The translations under genes and the position numbers were made by a program. DNA of 64,000 bases from Dimorphilus gyrociliatus (lineage: Eukaryota; Animalia; Annelida). Under the pieces are notes generated by a model. That model worked only from the letters and a program-made list of their open reading frames with translations. It did not search any database and was not told where the DNA came from. Numbering within the stretch: position 1 is the stretch's first letter; the number at the start of each line of letters is the position of its first letter. Of the stretch, positions 26,278 to 38,461 are shown piece by piece. The stretch spans positions 3,219,891-3,283,890 of the forward strand of contig CAJFCJ010000002.1 of the NCBI GenBank assembly GCA_904063045.1, read 5' to 3'.

Positions 26278-27263
26278 CTAAAAGATTTAATTTGACCGTC
26301 ACTTATTGCATTTGAAATCTTTTGGTGATTAATTTACATAATAATTATAAATGATATTTTTTCGTATTAGTCATTTTATATAAATGTATGTTATTTACAG
26401 ATTGCAATAATTTATTTAAAAACTTCATCATTCAGTGAGAATTTTTATTGCTTTATACTTAAGTAAATTCATAAAAAGGAATTTTCGTATTATTCTATTA
26501 CTTCTATTTGTTTTATCTAGAAAAAATTTCACTATTCAATTAGAGCATTATTCAAAAAATTTGATATTAAAAGAGAAAACACTATTTTAATAACAATAGC
26601 TTAATGTTTATTTTACATCCTTAAGTATTTTATACAATGTAAACTTAAACTTCTTTTATCTTTTAAAATGAAACCTCTCTTTCTTTGTTCTCTCTGTCTT
26701 AAGTTTGTGTTGGTATATTAGATTAATACTATTTGAGATAAGATTATTCATCGTTTTGGGAAAATCGAAAAAGAAAGTTGAAAAAACATGGATTATATTT
26801 TCTACCCTAATGTGTTTTCTAGATTTCACCTTTTCACTTCTTTTACTAACTAAAGGGATATTTTTAGCTTTAAAAATTACTGAAAAAGATCTGTGTGTAA
26901 TTAGCATTACTCTTTTCATATCATATATTATTTTCATCTAGAATATCATGTATGAGAAAATTGGATATTTTGATAATATTTTCTAATTTTCCTTAAATTC
27001 AACAGCATAAAACTTTTTTTTACTTTTTTTTAAGATAATGTATCTTAATAGGTCAGAACCGTTTTGTAAAAATTCCGGTTGTATTTTACTATTATCATCC
27101 TAAGCAATATGATAGTATTTCATTAATTTACTTCCTATTTAAATTTGTGTTTTATGGAAAAGTCTCAGAAGGCCAGAGCAGTTTTGTAAAAATGCTTGTC
27201 CTGTTCGGTTTAGGATAAATTTGCATTTTTTGTAACCACAATTCTTCTGGTTATTGTATGTAA

Positions 27264-27427
27264 TCTGGCAGACTATAACTCTTAATTTTAGATACATAGC
27301 AACCGCTTTGAAATTACTTAATAGCTTATGAAATAATCTAGACTATAAAAATATTTTGGCCATGAAAAAATTCACTTGTTTAAAAGTTTTTATCCCTTGT
27401 AACAATCACTTATTATCGTGACTGTAT
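27264..27427 (+). repeat. Copy 2 of a diverged direct repeat (decayed LRR-like pseudo-exon)
   Basis: Aligns to 26115-26277; carries an in-frame TGA (LKLLNSL*NNLDY...KKFTCLKVFIPCNNHL). Confidence 0.7.
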
Positions 27428-27641
27428 ATTCATTTATGAGATGATGGGTGTGAGCTAGAGGTTTTTTTAATAATTCACAAATATCTCTCGAACATCTCGA
27501 AAGGTAAGCAACAAATATGCTTTTTTTCATAAAGTTATTTATATTTGTGTTCAAGTTAGTAGCATTGTTCAAATACCTGACAACAAAGAAGTACAACAAC
27601 TAAGGGGAGAAGTGTTCATATTGAATCAATACGAATATTTT

Positions 27642-30600
27642 TTAGGTGGGGCTTGAACTTCTCATTGAAAATTCTTCTGTTGATCGTTTCTTTGCTGAAG
27701 CTTCCCTTTTCCAGAAATTAATAATTGAAGTTTTCTGCCATGCAGAAGATTTTCTCCAATTCATTGAACCCCAATTATCCGAGTGCTGATCATCATCGCT
27801 ATCATCGTCTTCAACGCCATCATCTTCACTTTTAATTTCCATTTTTTGAACAACTAATCTTACTAATTCAAATTGTTTTTCAAGTGCCACTTGAAGCTTA
27901 TCAATTTTCTTTCTTTGTCTGGCAAATTCATCGAACATGTAAACCTTATGATCAACATCTGGATCATCAAGTTTTTGGTCAAAAGAATGACTCTCTTCCT
28001 CAAAATGGACAAGAGAGTTCACAAATTTAGACATCCTTCTACAGCGAATATTGGGATAATTTTTCACTTCTGTCTTGTCGACAAATTCCAAGAATCTTTG
28101 AGGTATCTTTCTCTCCAGTTCGGTAAATATATCCACTTGCATGGCCAATCTCCTCAAACGAGCATTCCTTTGCACAGATTCAATATCCCCAACGGCAAGA
28201 CCAATTAGTAAGTTCATAAGGAGAATGGCAATTAGCAAAATAAAAGCGAGGAGTATCATGAAAGACAGAGAACTAAAATGCATCGTATATGGGTCGGCGT
28301 CTACAAATGGTTTAACCCAGTTCTCAATATAATAAATATTTCCCAACATCATAACAAAAACGGATAGCATTGATAAACCAATTGTTTGATTTGTTGGCGA
28401 TTCTTCTCCACACATGAGTATGTAAAAGGCGAAGGCAAATGCAACAATCAAGATGGAGAACACAATCAGTACTTGGACTAGAGTTTTCAATATGCCCATA
28501 AACATAACGACATAAATGCCAAAAAAGTCAAAGCTGAAAAGAGAAAAAGTAATATTTTACTGTCACATCTAAATCGGTAATGCGTTCAAATATGAATATT
28601 TACCGTTGTAAGAATAGTAATAGATTCAGCCATGCGAAAAATGAGGAAACTGCCGCATATTCCCATTGCCAATGACTAGATCTAAAACATAAAGATAAGT
28701 TAGTAATAGTAAACAAGAGATAATTCAATTACATACTTTCCATTCACGAACGGAACGATAAACAACATGCTAGTTATGTAAAGCGTCCATTCAATTGCGT
28801 TCGTTAAGTCGGTAAAGTATTTAAATTTCTAAGATATAAAGCAAATAAAAATGTATTATACTATGTTTTATTGAATGTTGTAGTTATAGCAGACCTGTTG
28901 AATCATTTGCCCAAACTCTTTAATAATGTTCAAACATGAGAACACTATAATGATGTACACAAAAACTTTCTGATACGGTTCAAGCTGTTTAGAGAGTGGA
29001 ATTTGTATTTATATTGCTGTCAGTTGCGTTAGGATAAATGGTATTAGTACCTGTTCTTTTTCATGCCTTTGCCAGCGTTTAGGAAGTCCAGTTCCATTTA
29101 AGCCTTTGTCAGTATGATATCTGGGATCATAGGTTGCAATAAACGTACTAAGTGATGCTAGAAATATGAGGTAAAATATCAGATTTATTGTATGAATCCA
29201 CATGCCATATGCTTTCCATTTCATTTGCAAATAACCCTGACAAACTGAGTGAGATAAAAGATCAACTCTGTTGTATTTAACCATGATCTGCAGTGATTAG
29301 ATTAATTATTTAAATTGTTATTAATAATAATATTTGTGTTTAAGTTTACGTTTAAGGTCAGCAGGGGAGTATAAACTTTCTTCTGTTCCCTCAGCTTTCT
29401 TACAGCTTCCATGGGTAGTTGTAGGAAATCGAAACTGTAAATCCAATGAAAATCCTTATGCTTTCTATCCATGCTAGATGGCTGCCTGCATCTATCAAGA
29501 ACGATTTGGAAGACCTCTGGTAGGTGTTGAATCATTCCTACAGCAGGCCAGCAGAACTGAGAGCTACAATATTTTAGAGCCTCTCTCCAACGTTCATGTG
29601 TAACAACTGTAACAGCTGCGTCCTTATGCTCATTTAGAATAATCATATCCATGAAATGTTCACTTCTGCTGTTCTTTTTAAACGCAGCATTCCTTGTCAA
29701 TAATAGGTTAACACAAGAGGCGTGACCATTAAGGGCTGCCAAATGTAGTGGGGTATTACCATCCGAGTTTTCATCATTTGTCAAATTGCCATTCCAGTCC
29801 AAAAGTACGGATAGTGTTGCCATATATCCACTGCTTGCCGCCAAATGGGCTGGTGAATTACCAGCGAAATCTTTTTGTAAACTAGCCCCCATAGTCAAAA
29901 GAAAATCAACAACTCTGGTGTGACCACCATATGATGCCAGATGTAAAGGAGTTTGACCCGTTTCATCTAATTCATTCAAAATGTTCATGCCATTAACCAC
30001 ATTTAATAATCGTTTGCAGGAATGAAATCGACCGTATCGAGCAGCAAAGTGCAATGGAGATTGCTTCTCTCTATCTTTAACATTCAAAAATGCTCCCATA
30101 TCAATAAAGGCCGCAATTGTATTGAAATTTCCCGTTCTAGACGCATAATGGAGAGGTGTACATCCCTCAGAGTCTTGATCATTTAATAGGGACTTCACTT
30201 TTACCTTACAACACAAAAAGCACATTTTTTCAGGCCTCCCACCGTTCGTTACAATAAGATGAAGTATATTTCTCTTGTTATCATCCGTACAGAACAAATC
30301 TGCCTTTTTGTTCATAAGCATTTCCATAGCTTTCCACGCCTTCTTGGATGCGGCTAGCAATAATGGGGTCATGCCATCTTGATTTGTTTCATTAACATCA
30401 GCTCCCTTTAGTAAAAGTAAATTTTAAAAAGATTGAAATATTCCAATGTAATAACACAAAAGCTAATACCTGTTGAATGAGATATTCTATAACATCTGGT
30501 TTGTCAAAAAGTGCAGCTGTGTGTAAAGGTGTCATCATACTACTATCTTTTGACTGCAAGCTTTTAAGTTTCTTATCAGGTTGAGCTTGAAAAAGTATCT

Positions 30601-32113
30601 GTGAATGTAAGAGCGAATTTAGCATATAAGTTTATATATTTTTAAAATACCATGTCTCGATAAAATTTTTATCTATATGTTAATTAATATCTTTGTTGAA
30701 TGCCATGACGGAAAATATGAGCTTAAATCTCATTATTTCTCTCATTAGTATTGTTATCTGCTATTGTTAATGGGGATTTATCTAAAGCCAATTTTTACCT
30801 CTAGAATATTAACGGAACCTCTCGAAGCTGCGATATGAACAGCTGTCTCTCCATTAGCTTTTTTAGTATCAATGGACGCGCCAGAGGTAAGGCACATTTT
30901 CACTATAGTCTCATCCCCAGATAGAACAGCTTCGTGTAATGGAAGCTTATGCATTCTCAACGGACACGCTTGTCCTTTACTATTCATACTCGAAGCTTCG
31001 GCTGTTGATTGAAAATAGTGTACTTGTACAATTTAGTTTATGCAGTTTATAGAAAATACCTTGTTGAATCAGTCTTTGTAAAACATTCTTTGAGTTTCTC
31101 ATAGTCGCAACATGCATAGGTGTAAAACCCATACTACAGGCTTTGCACATCCCTGCTCCAGCTTCTAGCTATGAAAATGCAAACATAATTCTTTTTTGCA
31201 AACTTTTTATCATAAATTTATGTAAGCCTACGCAAAAAATATATATAACATATTTTTTATCTAAGATTGTCTTATCTCGGTTTAATGAAACAGTAAAAAC
31301 TTTTTAGAGTCATTTTTTATGATTACACAATCTGGCCACTCTTTAAAAACAAATTAATCTTTTAAGCAATGATTCATGTATGGTATACCAATAATTTAGC
31401 CGCTTCTTCGTTATCTTTAAATGCAGCTACATGAAGGGGTGTTCCTCCAGTACGTTCAGTAATAGAAGGATCAGTTCTATTACATTTTAAAAGTTCCTGA
31501 AAAAAACCGTTAAATAAACAATTGAAATGAAATTTTGTCTGATTTTCTTACACGAATAATATTAATTCTATTTTCGGTAGTAGCAATATGCAAAGCTGAT
31601 TCAATATTCTTATTGGGAATGTTAGGATCAGCTCCCAATTTAAGTAGAATGTGAACCGCTTCTCTATCATCTTCTTCTGTGGCTACAAGAAGGGCTGTGT
31701 CTCCTTTAGAATCTTTTATATCCACATCTATAATTGAATTAATGATTAAAGTTTGACGTTTTAATGTACATATAAAAAAAGTGAAATATTTTACCCAATT
31801 TATATCTTGACAATAAGTGAAGGATATCATATTGGCGATTTCTTGTTGCACAATGAATCAAAGCTTCCCCCGAATTATTTCTTGCGTTAGCCCAATCAGG
31901 TTTATTATCCAAAATTGTTTCAACTTTATTAATATTTCCATCTTCAGCTGCCTATTTTGCATAAACGGACAAAGAAAGAAACAAGAATTAAAGTGGACAA
32001 AATGAAAAAAAGACTTTTATTCTGTAAAAGATATTTGAGTTAAGTATTACTTTAAACAATTCAGTTATATTAGCGCACCGCTCGTTGAATGGTAAAATAC
32101 TTTTCTTTCGCAT
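27642..32113 (-). CDS. TRPA1: Transient receptor potential cation channel A1
   Basis: Exons 32113-32051, 31951-31795, 31727-31552, 31496-31389, 31168-31060, 31001-30799, 30598-30470, 30405-29350, 29287-29051, 28984-28895, 28828-28737, 28681-28604, 28533-27642, all in frame. Long ankyrin array, LLSHSVCQGYLQMKW, six TM segments, LLMNLLIGLAVGDI and a C-terminal coiled coil. Confidence 0.93.
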
Positions 32114-33290
32114 TCTTCCGAAGTGACGCAAAACTCTTATTGGTGCGTATTATATATCAGACATGTTGGAAAAAGTTGAATAATTCATTGGTTTCGTCGT
32201 TAATACAGGAACTTAAAAGGAATGCAAATATATGAAAAAGGAAAATACATTTATAATGAAATTCATTTCAAGCAAATGGTTATAATATTAAATGATGGAT
32301 TATGTATGTTAATGGCTTGATTGCAAAATCTAAATACGTATAATTGACATAAAAACAAGACTACGACCCATATCTTAACTTGGCTTCTAATCATTAATGA
32401 AACATTTTTATATTTATACAATTGCATCGTTACTTGACACTTTATGGAGCTTTTAAATCACTTAAATCTTTCTTCCGATATATTAACGTCTCAGATGCTT
32501 TATCTTATATATGATGTTTCAATACCATTATAGCCTTGCATTAAGATAACGAGCTACTCTTCACAAAATAATTATGATATTGCGCAAGAATAGAAAAGAC
32601 AAACCAGATGAAAGAATAGAGAATCAAATATGACAAACTTTTCTATATAGGATCGTAGGTCATAATTTAGCTGATAAAACTATTAATTTTACAACAGAAA
32701 CTTTTATTACTTCAAATAGTCACAACTACATTATTTTTTAATCGTTAAAGCAGATGGATAAATAGCTTTGCTCACGCATGATCGATTATGTAATTGAGGT
32801 AAAAGGGTCATATAAAAATACATATTAACCTTTTGTCTCTATTATGCTGTACGTATTCACGAAAAGAGGCTTTTAGCCATTCAAGTATTATTATATCAAA
32901 TATTTCACTCTTCGTATAAATAGCTAAATGACCATACTTTCAGTTATTATAAAACTTATATTTTTTTCTGTTCTATTTTCTTTAGTTGTATACTTGAAAA
33001 CAATATTATTATTCATTTATGTTATTCAATGGTGATTGAATAAGAAACATTACGAACCCCAATGGGAGACTGAAAATGTACACTTGACTATTAATGAACC
33101 AATTGATATTGGAAGCTTTCATAAACAATTTATTCCAGTATTAACAAAAGAGTCACTTTTGACATAATGTTTTCCTTTTTATCATATTCTTATGGTTCAT
33201 TATATAGTCAATAACATAATTATTCATTTACAAAAATCAAAAGTTTAAGATGTATCGTTAAAATATTCAATTAAAGAAGAATTATAAAAC

Positions 33291-33410
33291 CTTAAATAGA
33301 GCTGAATGGTTCAGCCAAAGATCATGGCCTTCGTCTATCATTTCCATACTTGTTGGTTGTAAACATTTAACATGATTCTTATTTGAATTTCTTGTGAGCA
33401 ATTGCTGCAT
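33291..33410 (-). other. Candidate alternative first coding exon of TRPA1
   Basis: ATG (in-frame stop just upstream) opens 40 codons, MQQLLTRNSNKNHVKCLQPTSMEMIDEGHDLWLNHSALFK, ending AAG|gt in phase 0. The proximal first exon also ends LFK in phase 0. Confidence 0.55.
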
Positions 33411-33959
33411 CGCCGATTATGAGTGAGTTATAATCTACGCTTTGTAGGTCTGTTACTGTGATAGACGCCCTCTATCAAGCAACTGATTTAAGGTTAGAGA
33501 TATTATGATCTTCTTTAATTGGAGATTAATCTTAAGGCAAATGGAATCGTTTTTTTATTTAGGCTGATTGGAAACTTGAAACATTTTTTGTCTGGTATAT
33601 TTCTATTATTATTTTCAGCTAAGTTTAAAGATGAAGGCAAACGTACAGTTTATTATTATTTTATTATTCAGCTATTTAAAACTACCATTCAAAGCCATTT
33701 ATAAATCTTTAACCACCATTTAAAAGTGTTGCAATCTTTGCAAAAACGTTAGGGATAAAGAGAAAGAAATACATATTTTAGTAAAGCAAATATCAATATT
33801 AGTTGTTATGAATTATTTATGAAGAAGTGTGACTTCTGTTTGAGGTTTATTTATTTTTCATCCCTTTTCCCTGCAAGGGTCGTTATTAAGGTTAATGTCA
33901 AGTTTACACATAAAAAAAGAAGTAATACACGTATTATCATAATTGTTTATTTAATGTAT

Positions 33960-34568
33960 TTACAAATAATTATGTAAATTTTCACCATTTAAATAAATGC
34001 ATATGCATTCGGTATTTTTGCTTTCCTTCTTCTTTCCAATAGTCATACAATGATGATAGTTTGCCGACAATTTTCTTGTCTCTATAACAATTAATTGATC
34101 TAAACAATCCCAACTTGATATACTTTTATCTTTGCATAGGTAAAATTTTCTTTTATTGAAGCCTATCATTTCGTATTGAATCTTTCCGGCTTCTTTTAGT
34201 AAATTTTCGCTTGGAATTCCATTCGCATCCTTTATCTTTTTATACAACAAAGTTTTTTCGAATCTCATTAAGTCATTTACAAGATATTTAGATGCATATT
34301 GAAGGCATTTTCTGTGCATATTCCTACAATCAGTAAGATCTTTACACCTCTTCAATCTATCTTTTCCTCTAAACAAATTTAAAACCAATTCTAGATTTTC
34401 TCCATTACCTTTTATTCCTAACGATAGCTTATCTCGTCTGAAACTTTTAAGATAATCTTGCCATGGAAGAAACAGTTTACCAAAATCTCCAAAAGTCATA
34501 CTATAATTTTTCAAAGACAACGATTGTTCTAATGTTATAAAAAGAAGTAAGATTGTTACCAATTTCAT
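33960..34568 (-). CDS. Orphan secreted Cys-patterned protein A (202 aa)
   Basis: Single ORF; signal-peptide-like MKLVTILLLFITLEQSLS; Cys pattern shared with the neighbouring gene, ending CICI. Confidence 0.75.
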   Translation of the reverse strand: MKLVTILLLFITLEQSLSLKNYSMTFGDFGKLFLPWQDYLKSFRRDKLSLGIKGNGENLELVLNLFRGKDRLKRCKDLTDCRNMHRKCLQYASKYLVNDLMRFEKTLLYKKIKDANGIPSENLLKEAGKIQYEMIGFNKRKFYLCKDKSISSWDCLDQLIVIETRKLSANYHHCMTIGKKKESKNTECICIYLNGENLHNYL

Positions 34569-34955
34569 TCTCTCGGTTTACTAATCTCAAGGGATTAGAG
34601 AAACTCTCACGTTATTTCCTATTTAACATAGCAGTATTTGTCTAATTCGGTTTTTTTGCTTTTGATTTATAATCCTCATAAAATAGGAATGATTTAAAAA
34701 AAATCGCCTATTAAAGTCTAATTCAATACATCTGTTCAAAGTTCTATTATACTTTAACAAACAAGTATCATAAAATATTAGCATATTCTTTCACAAATAT
34801 TATAGTTCTCAGTACTTTCTTATCGGGTACTGATAACAGTAAAATTTGCCTCAGTAAATGTATAAATATTGTCTATATGGTATCATTTGTTTTGAGAATG
34901 TGTAATTATTTAGAAGTTTATTCAAATTTTACAGAGTTTTCATATTCACATCAAT

Positions 34956-35606
34956 TTAACCATCAATACAGATACAGAGATCATCATTGGTAAGAATTTT
35001 AAGACATCTTATGTATTTTTGTTGTATTATTCTTATATAGATCAAAGCCTTATTCAAAAATTGATTTATACCTAAATTGCCGACATTTTTAAAATTCAAA
35101 TTTTTAGGATAGTACATTGTCGTTGAGTCGATATTGAATTCTGTTATATACTTCATTATTTCCTTTTCATTTTTAGCTTTTTTAATATTATTAAAGACAT
35201 TTTCTAAGGTGTATTCCTCGTTGATAAACATTCGAAGAGAGTACTGAGCACATCTAATATGCCTTAAATTACAATTAATTCGTTGATCTCCTTTACAGAT
35301 AGTTTCATTCCGACTCTGGAATAATTTTATAAAAAAACCAATATTCTCTAAATCTAGAGAATTTATTTTCTTCCTCTCAATAAAATCAGACCAGGTCATT
35401 AAGTCCTTTAAAAATTCTTCATAACCTATTGTTTCATTAAGATTTACAGTATTTTTCAAGCTACTCTTCACCTTCTTGAATCCATAGCCTTGATAAACAA
35501 AAGAGTAAGAAATCAGTTTATCAATTGAACATAAAAAAAGAAAAAAATAGAGAAACTTACTTAACGAGATGAGATTAAGAATAAAAAACACCTGTTTTCC
35601 ATGCAT
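34956..35606 (-). CDS. Orphan secreted Cys-patterned protein B, two exons
   Basis: Exon 35606-35561 (MHGKQVFFILNLISL, donor A|gtaagt) and exon 35488-34956 (tcttttgtttatcaag|). The 72-nt intron is stop-free, so the ORF track reads through it. Paralog of protein A. Confidence 0.72.
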   Translation of the reverse strand: MHGKQVFFILNLISLSKFLYFFLFLCSIDKLISYSFVYQGYGFKKVKSSLKNTVNLNETIGYEEFLKDLMTWSDFIERKKINSLDLENIGFFIKLFQSRNETICKGDQRINCNLRHIRCAQYSLRMFINEEYTLENVFNNIKKAKNEKEIMKYITEFNIDSTTMYYPKNLNFKNVGNLGINQFLNKALIYIRIIQQKYIRCLKILTNDDLCICIDG

Positions 35607-35895
35607 GATATTGTCAAACATTTAGTTGTATTCTCTCAAAATTTTACTATAAAAGTGAACTAAATCATAAAAGAGTATAAACTTGATATGATATATGGAA
35701 AATGAAACAAAAAGAGTATACAAGATCTTAATTTATTGCAATATTTACTCTTTTACTTCTTTTTATTTATGCTCAAATTGAAAGAATGAAATTAATTGGT
35801 ATTTAATAAAAAGAAATGAAATCATTAGATTAAGCACATGTAGAATATAGTTTACTCTAGGTTTATTAATGTAAGTAAGGTAAGTAGACGCTGTT

Positions 35896-36954
35896 TCAAT
35901 CTTCTACTGCTTCGCCCCATGTACTTAACACAACACATGCTCCAATTAAAACAGCAGCGTGGCTTATTTCGGCTTGTGGCATGTCTAAAATTATTTAAAC
36001 TTTTTACCTGTTCTATATTTTAATTAAGTAAACCCACAGCGTATAACAACACCATTTCGCATATTTTTTGGTCCTAGTAGATTTACTTTTCCCGTTATCT
36101 TATTGATCTTAGTCAATTTTATCTGTAATATAGCCGACATTCAGAGAAAATCTAATATGTTTAGTATATTTAAAGTATTGTAGATGCTCTGGTCTTACGT
36201 CATACGAAATTGGCTTCAAATTCCTATTACAATAACAGGAAAAGAGAGAATTCTCAAAATTTGCTGTTATTGTATACAAGGAAGTTCCAGAAAAATCCAA
36301 AACAGTAAACATATGCTCAGGTCTATTGGAGATTTCAATTTAAACAAAGTTATGATATGAATAAATTAATAAAATATATTTTTAAAATACCTTGGTAAAA
36401 TATATCCGATAGTATTGCCATCTGGAGCCTGAATAATTACACTATCATATACAGATTTTCTTGTTCTTGACGGTTTAATGACCATTGGGTCATGACAATT
36501 GAACTTTCTGACAAGATACTGATAGCTTTCTCTTCTGGCTAGATGATCTCTAGTTGTAGGATCTCGGACTATAAGATAACATATTAATTAACAAACAATA
36601 TATACTAAAGTTGAACTAAAGAGTTAAGAACTTACGTTGAATGCCACAAAATAACTCGTTTCCTTCAGCATGTCTCACTTTAAACTTGACTAATCGAGAT
36701 TTAGCTGTTGTATAATGGTAAATTTTAAATTATTACCTTTTACACATATATTTGAAAGTATTAATCAATTATGCTATACTAAGCTAACCGGCTTCTCTTT
36801 CAATATCGATTATGACACTCCCCGTATTTGCTAACTGAAATATACCCTTCGATAATTGCTTCTCCATAGTTTGTTGCTGTCTCAAAACGTTTTGAAAAGC
36901 AGTTGTTTCTGTAGTTTTGCTACTGTCATTCCAAAATTCAGCTAATGCATCCAT
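35896..36954 (-). CDS. Divergent phospholipid scramblase-like (tubby C-terminal fold) protein
   Basis: Six phase-compatible exons: 36954-36789, 36704-36636, 36568-36391, 36322-36199, 36122-36038, 35984-35896. IQAPDGNTIGYI resembles PLSCR QAPPG.PIGYV; terminal helix AAVLIGACVVL resembles KAVMIGACFLI. Confidence 0.65.
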
Positions 36955-38461
36955 ATCTGAGAAACTTCTAAATTGTTCTATCTATTTTAGACTGTGCCTT
37001 ATCTAAAAAATTAGAAGAAAGGGAAAAATTCTACTAATTTTCATACCCCTTATCTCTGTTGTCGTGTGCAAAGTAGCAACTTTTGATTAGAATAGTATAT
37101 AGTATATGAGTTTGGTTAATTAATAAGTTTTTATTTGAGAAATTATAGAGTAAGGGTGATATTGTAGAATTTTTATATGAAGAATGAATAACGATTCATA
37201 TGGGAAAATTGGTGGATTTAAGGTGAAAAAGTATGGAGATAGTCGTCTAAATAAAAATTTTATGGTATGTTTTTTATTAGCCAATAAAACGGTCCTATCG
37301 GCATATTTCTAATACTCTTTATACATTTTAATAATTCAAATGTTAAGAAAATCCATTTACTTGTCAATTACATCTAATACCCTAGATGTTATGTTTATGC
37401 GTGACGTAATATCTGGAAAGTATGATATGTTGCGAAATATGTACTCTACTTTAACAAATAGGTATAATGTATACAAATAAAATAACGATTAAATATTAAT
37501 AGGGTTTTTTCTTTTCTTGAATCCTAAAGAACGTAACGAATAAACGAAAACATGTATTTTAGACTCATCATAATATACAATAATAAACCAGGTTTTTATA
37601 AGGTTTTTGAAAGAAGCAAAGACGCTTGAAAGTTTCTTTTCTATCGCAAAACGTTCAAGAATTATGCAATATAAAATATTGATGGCCTTTCGTTCGAAAT
37701 GAGTATTCATTAAGCCACTGCAGTTTTCATATTTCTAAAGAATTGTACTTTGATATAAATATGATGAAAATGCCATCTATTGGATTATTTTTGTACAAAA
37801 TATCATCTATATATATGATAGTGAATGTATATCGTAGTATATATCAGAATTTGTCAGTAAGAGGGTGTTTGAAAACTGTTATATGGCATGCAAAATTTCA
37901 TCATTAAATATTCAAATATGAAAAATTGTACTTGGAGAAAAATAATAGGTTTATTCTAAAGAGTGTCAAGTGTAAATAGGGTTTATTCTCTCCTATTCTC
38001 TATATAGATTAGAGTGTTGACTTAACAAAAAACCCATTCAAGGTGACATGTTTCGTATGGATTTGTTAAAGAAAACATATTTCTCTTTAGTATAAACTGA
38101 CATATAGAATTTCTTTACTCTGCATGACTATCTCGCCTAACACAATATGTAATTGTATTAATAGTTTCTTCTCTTTTCTCTTTCTTTTTTAATAAATTTC
38201 AACCAAAAAGGAAAACTTTTTCATGTACAAAATTTCATATCATTTGACTATTTCATTCTTCCTATAAGAGTTGCGTTTTTTATGTCAAATCAAGAAAATT
38301 ATTCCTTGAAGTATTTAAAAAATTAAAGTTTTCTACTTAATACTGAACTTTCCATTTAAAAAGTAAGAATCTCTTCATTAAAATGAGATGTTTGTTCTCT
38401 GTCTTTCTCTCTCTCACACACACACATGAACAAACACAACTTTTTCCTCTTTTCATTCTTC

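Noticed and set aside
26656-26941. Overlapping 93-aa (-) and 78-aa (+) ORFs
   Set aside because: Low-complexity K/F/I-rich products from purine/pyrimidine-skewed sequence; no family signal.
27873-28332. Plus-strand ORFs of 111 and 63 aa
   Set aside because: Antisense shadows of the TRPA1 last exon.
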